A DNA stretch of 64,000 nt from an uncultured Chloroflexia bacterium (GTDB taxonomy: Bacteria; Chloroflexota; Anaerolineae; Anaerolineales; UBA4823), in assembly GCA_963726315.1 (NCBI GenBank), contig CAVSBZ010000007.1:450435-514434 (forward strand), in the 5' to 3' direction. The notes beneath the pieces are model-generated. The model saw nothing but the letters and a program-made list of their open reading frames with translations. It was not told the DNA's origin and ran no database searches. Position numbers and translations under genes: made by a program. Positions 63,812-64,000 of the stretch are shown piece by piece; position 1 is the first letter of the stretch; each line of letters opens with the position of its first letter.

Positions 63812-64000
63812 ATGGATTGGAACATGATTGGGCATCAATGGGCGGTCAATCTCCTCGCCGAACATGTCGCCTTGCGGCGGGAGCGGCACGCCTACCTGTT
63901 CACTGGTCCCAATGGCGTGGGGCGGAAAACGTTGGCGTTGCGGTTCTCCCAGGCTCTAAATTGCCCCACACCACCTGTGCCTGGTCAGCCGTGCTTGAAT
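63812..64000 (+). CDS. holB: DNA polymerase III delta-prime subunit (HolB), N-terminal 63 codons only
   Basis: Absent from the track because it runs off the window. Translation: MDWNMIGHQWAVNLLAEHVALRRERHAYLFTGPNGVGRKTLALRFSQALNCP..., with the characteristic HAYLF.GP.GVGK...A..F...L.C pattern. Confidence 0.7.
   Translation, partial: MDWNMIGHQWAVNLLAEHVALRRERHAYLFTGPNGVGRKTLALRFSQALNCPTPPVPGQPCLN

Noticed and set aside
1-64000. Search for CRISPR repeats, tRNA/rRNA genes, transposases, integrases and phage genes
   Set aside because: No regularly spaced direct repeats, no cloverleaf-capable intergenic segment (spacers are too short) and no DDE, tyrosine or serine recombinase motifs were seen in any ORF longer than 100 aa.

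Overview
Compact 64-kb stretch that is almost entirely co-directional: every gene except the last is on the minus strand. Many start/stop codons overlap, which suggests a few long operons.

Positions 1-58,960 form one very large cell-envelope glycan biosynthesis and export super-locus. Positions 58,979-64,000 are housekeeping genes (udg, rimI, tsaB, tsaE, pcrA, holB).

The glycan locus encodes:
- Nucleotide-sugar pathways: a partial rfbC; gmd plus fcl for GDP-L-fucose, split over two operons; a sugar 6-dehydrogenase/4-epimerase pair; and a PseB-type UDP-GlcNAc 4,6-dehydratase with an RmlD-like reductase.
- Two NeuB-type ulosonic-acid synthases and three CMP-sugar-type cytidylyltransferases, one of them fused to a KdsC-type phosphatase.
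- About 15 glycosyltransferase-like genes (GT2, GT4/GT-B, DUF115/Cst-II-like, KpsS/KpsC-like), two of which look frameshifted.
- Three stand-alone SAM methyltransferases and one fused one.
- Two complete Wzm/Wzt ABC exporters whose ATPases carry C-terminal extensions, a Wzx-type flippase and a UPF0104 flippase-like protein.
- Six large GT-C-like polytopic membrane proteins.
- One MarR-like EPS regulator.

Most interesting signals:
- A Wzm/Wzt exporter followed by a 987-aa methyltransferase/coiled-coil/GT2/GT-B fusion and two truncated paralogs.
- Two non-canonical ulosonic-acid cassettes.
- A 20-nt identical promoter/operator element in front of the regulator operon and the gmd operon.
- A UPF0104 gene whose first TM helix can only be reached through an A_AAA_AAG site.

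I did not recognise any rRNA, tRNA, CRISPR array, transposase or integrase. No initiating phosphoglycosyltransferase (WecA/WbaP type), aminotransferase or sugar N-acetyltransferase is encoded in the window.

Gene content and style suggest a Chloroflexota/Anaerolineae-like organism, but that is a low-confidence inference. All calls rest on motif recognition by eye; no database search was run.
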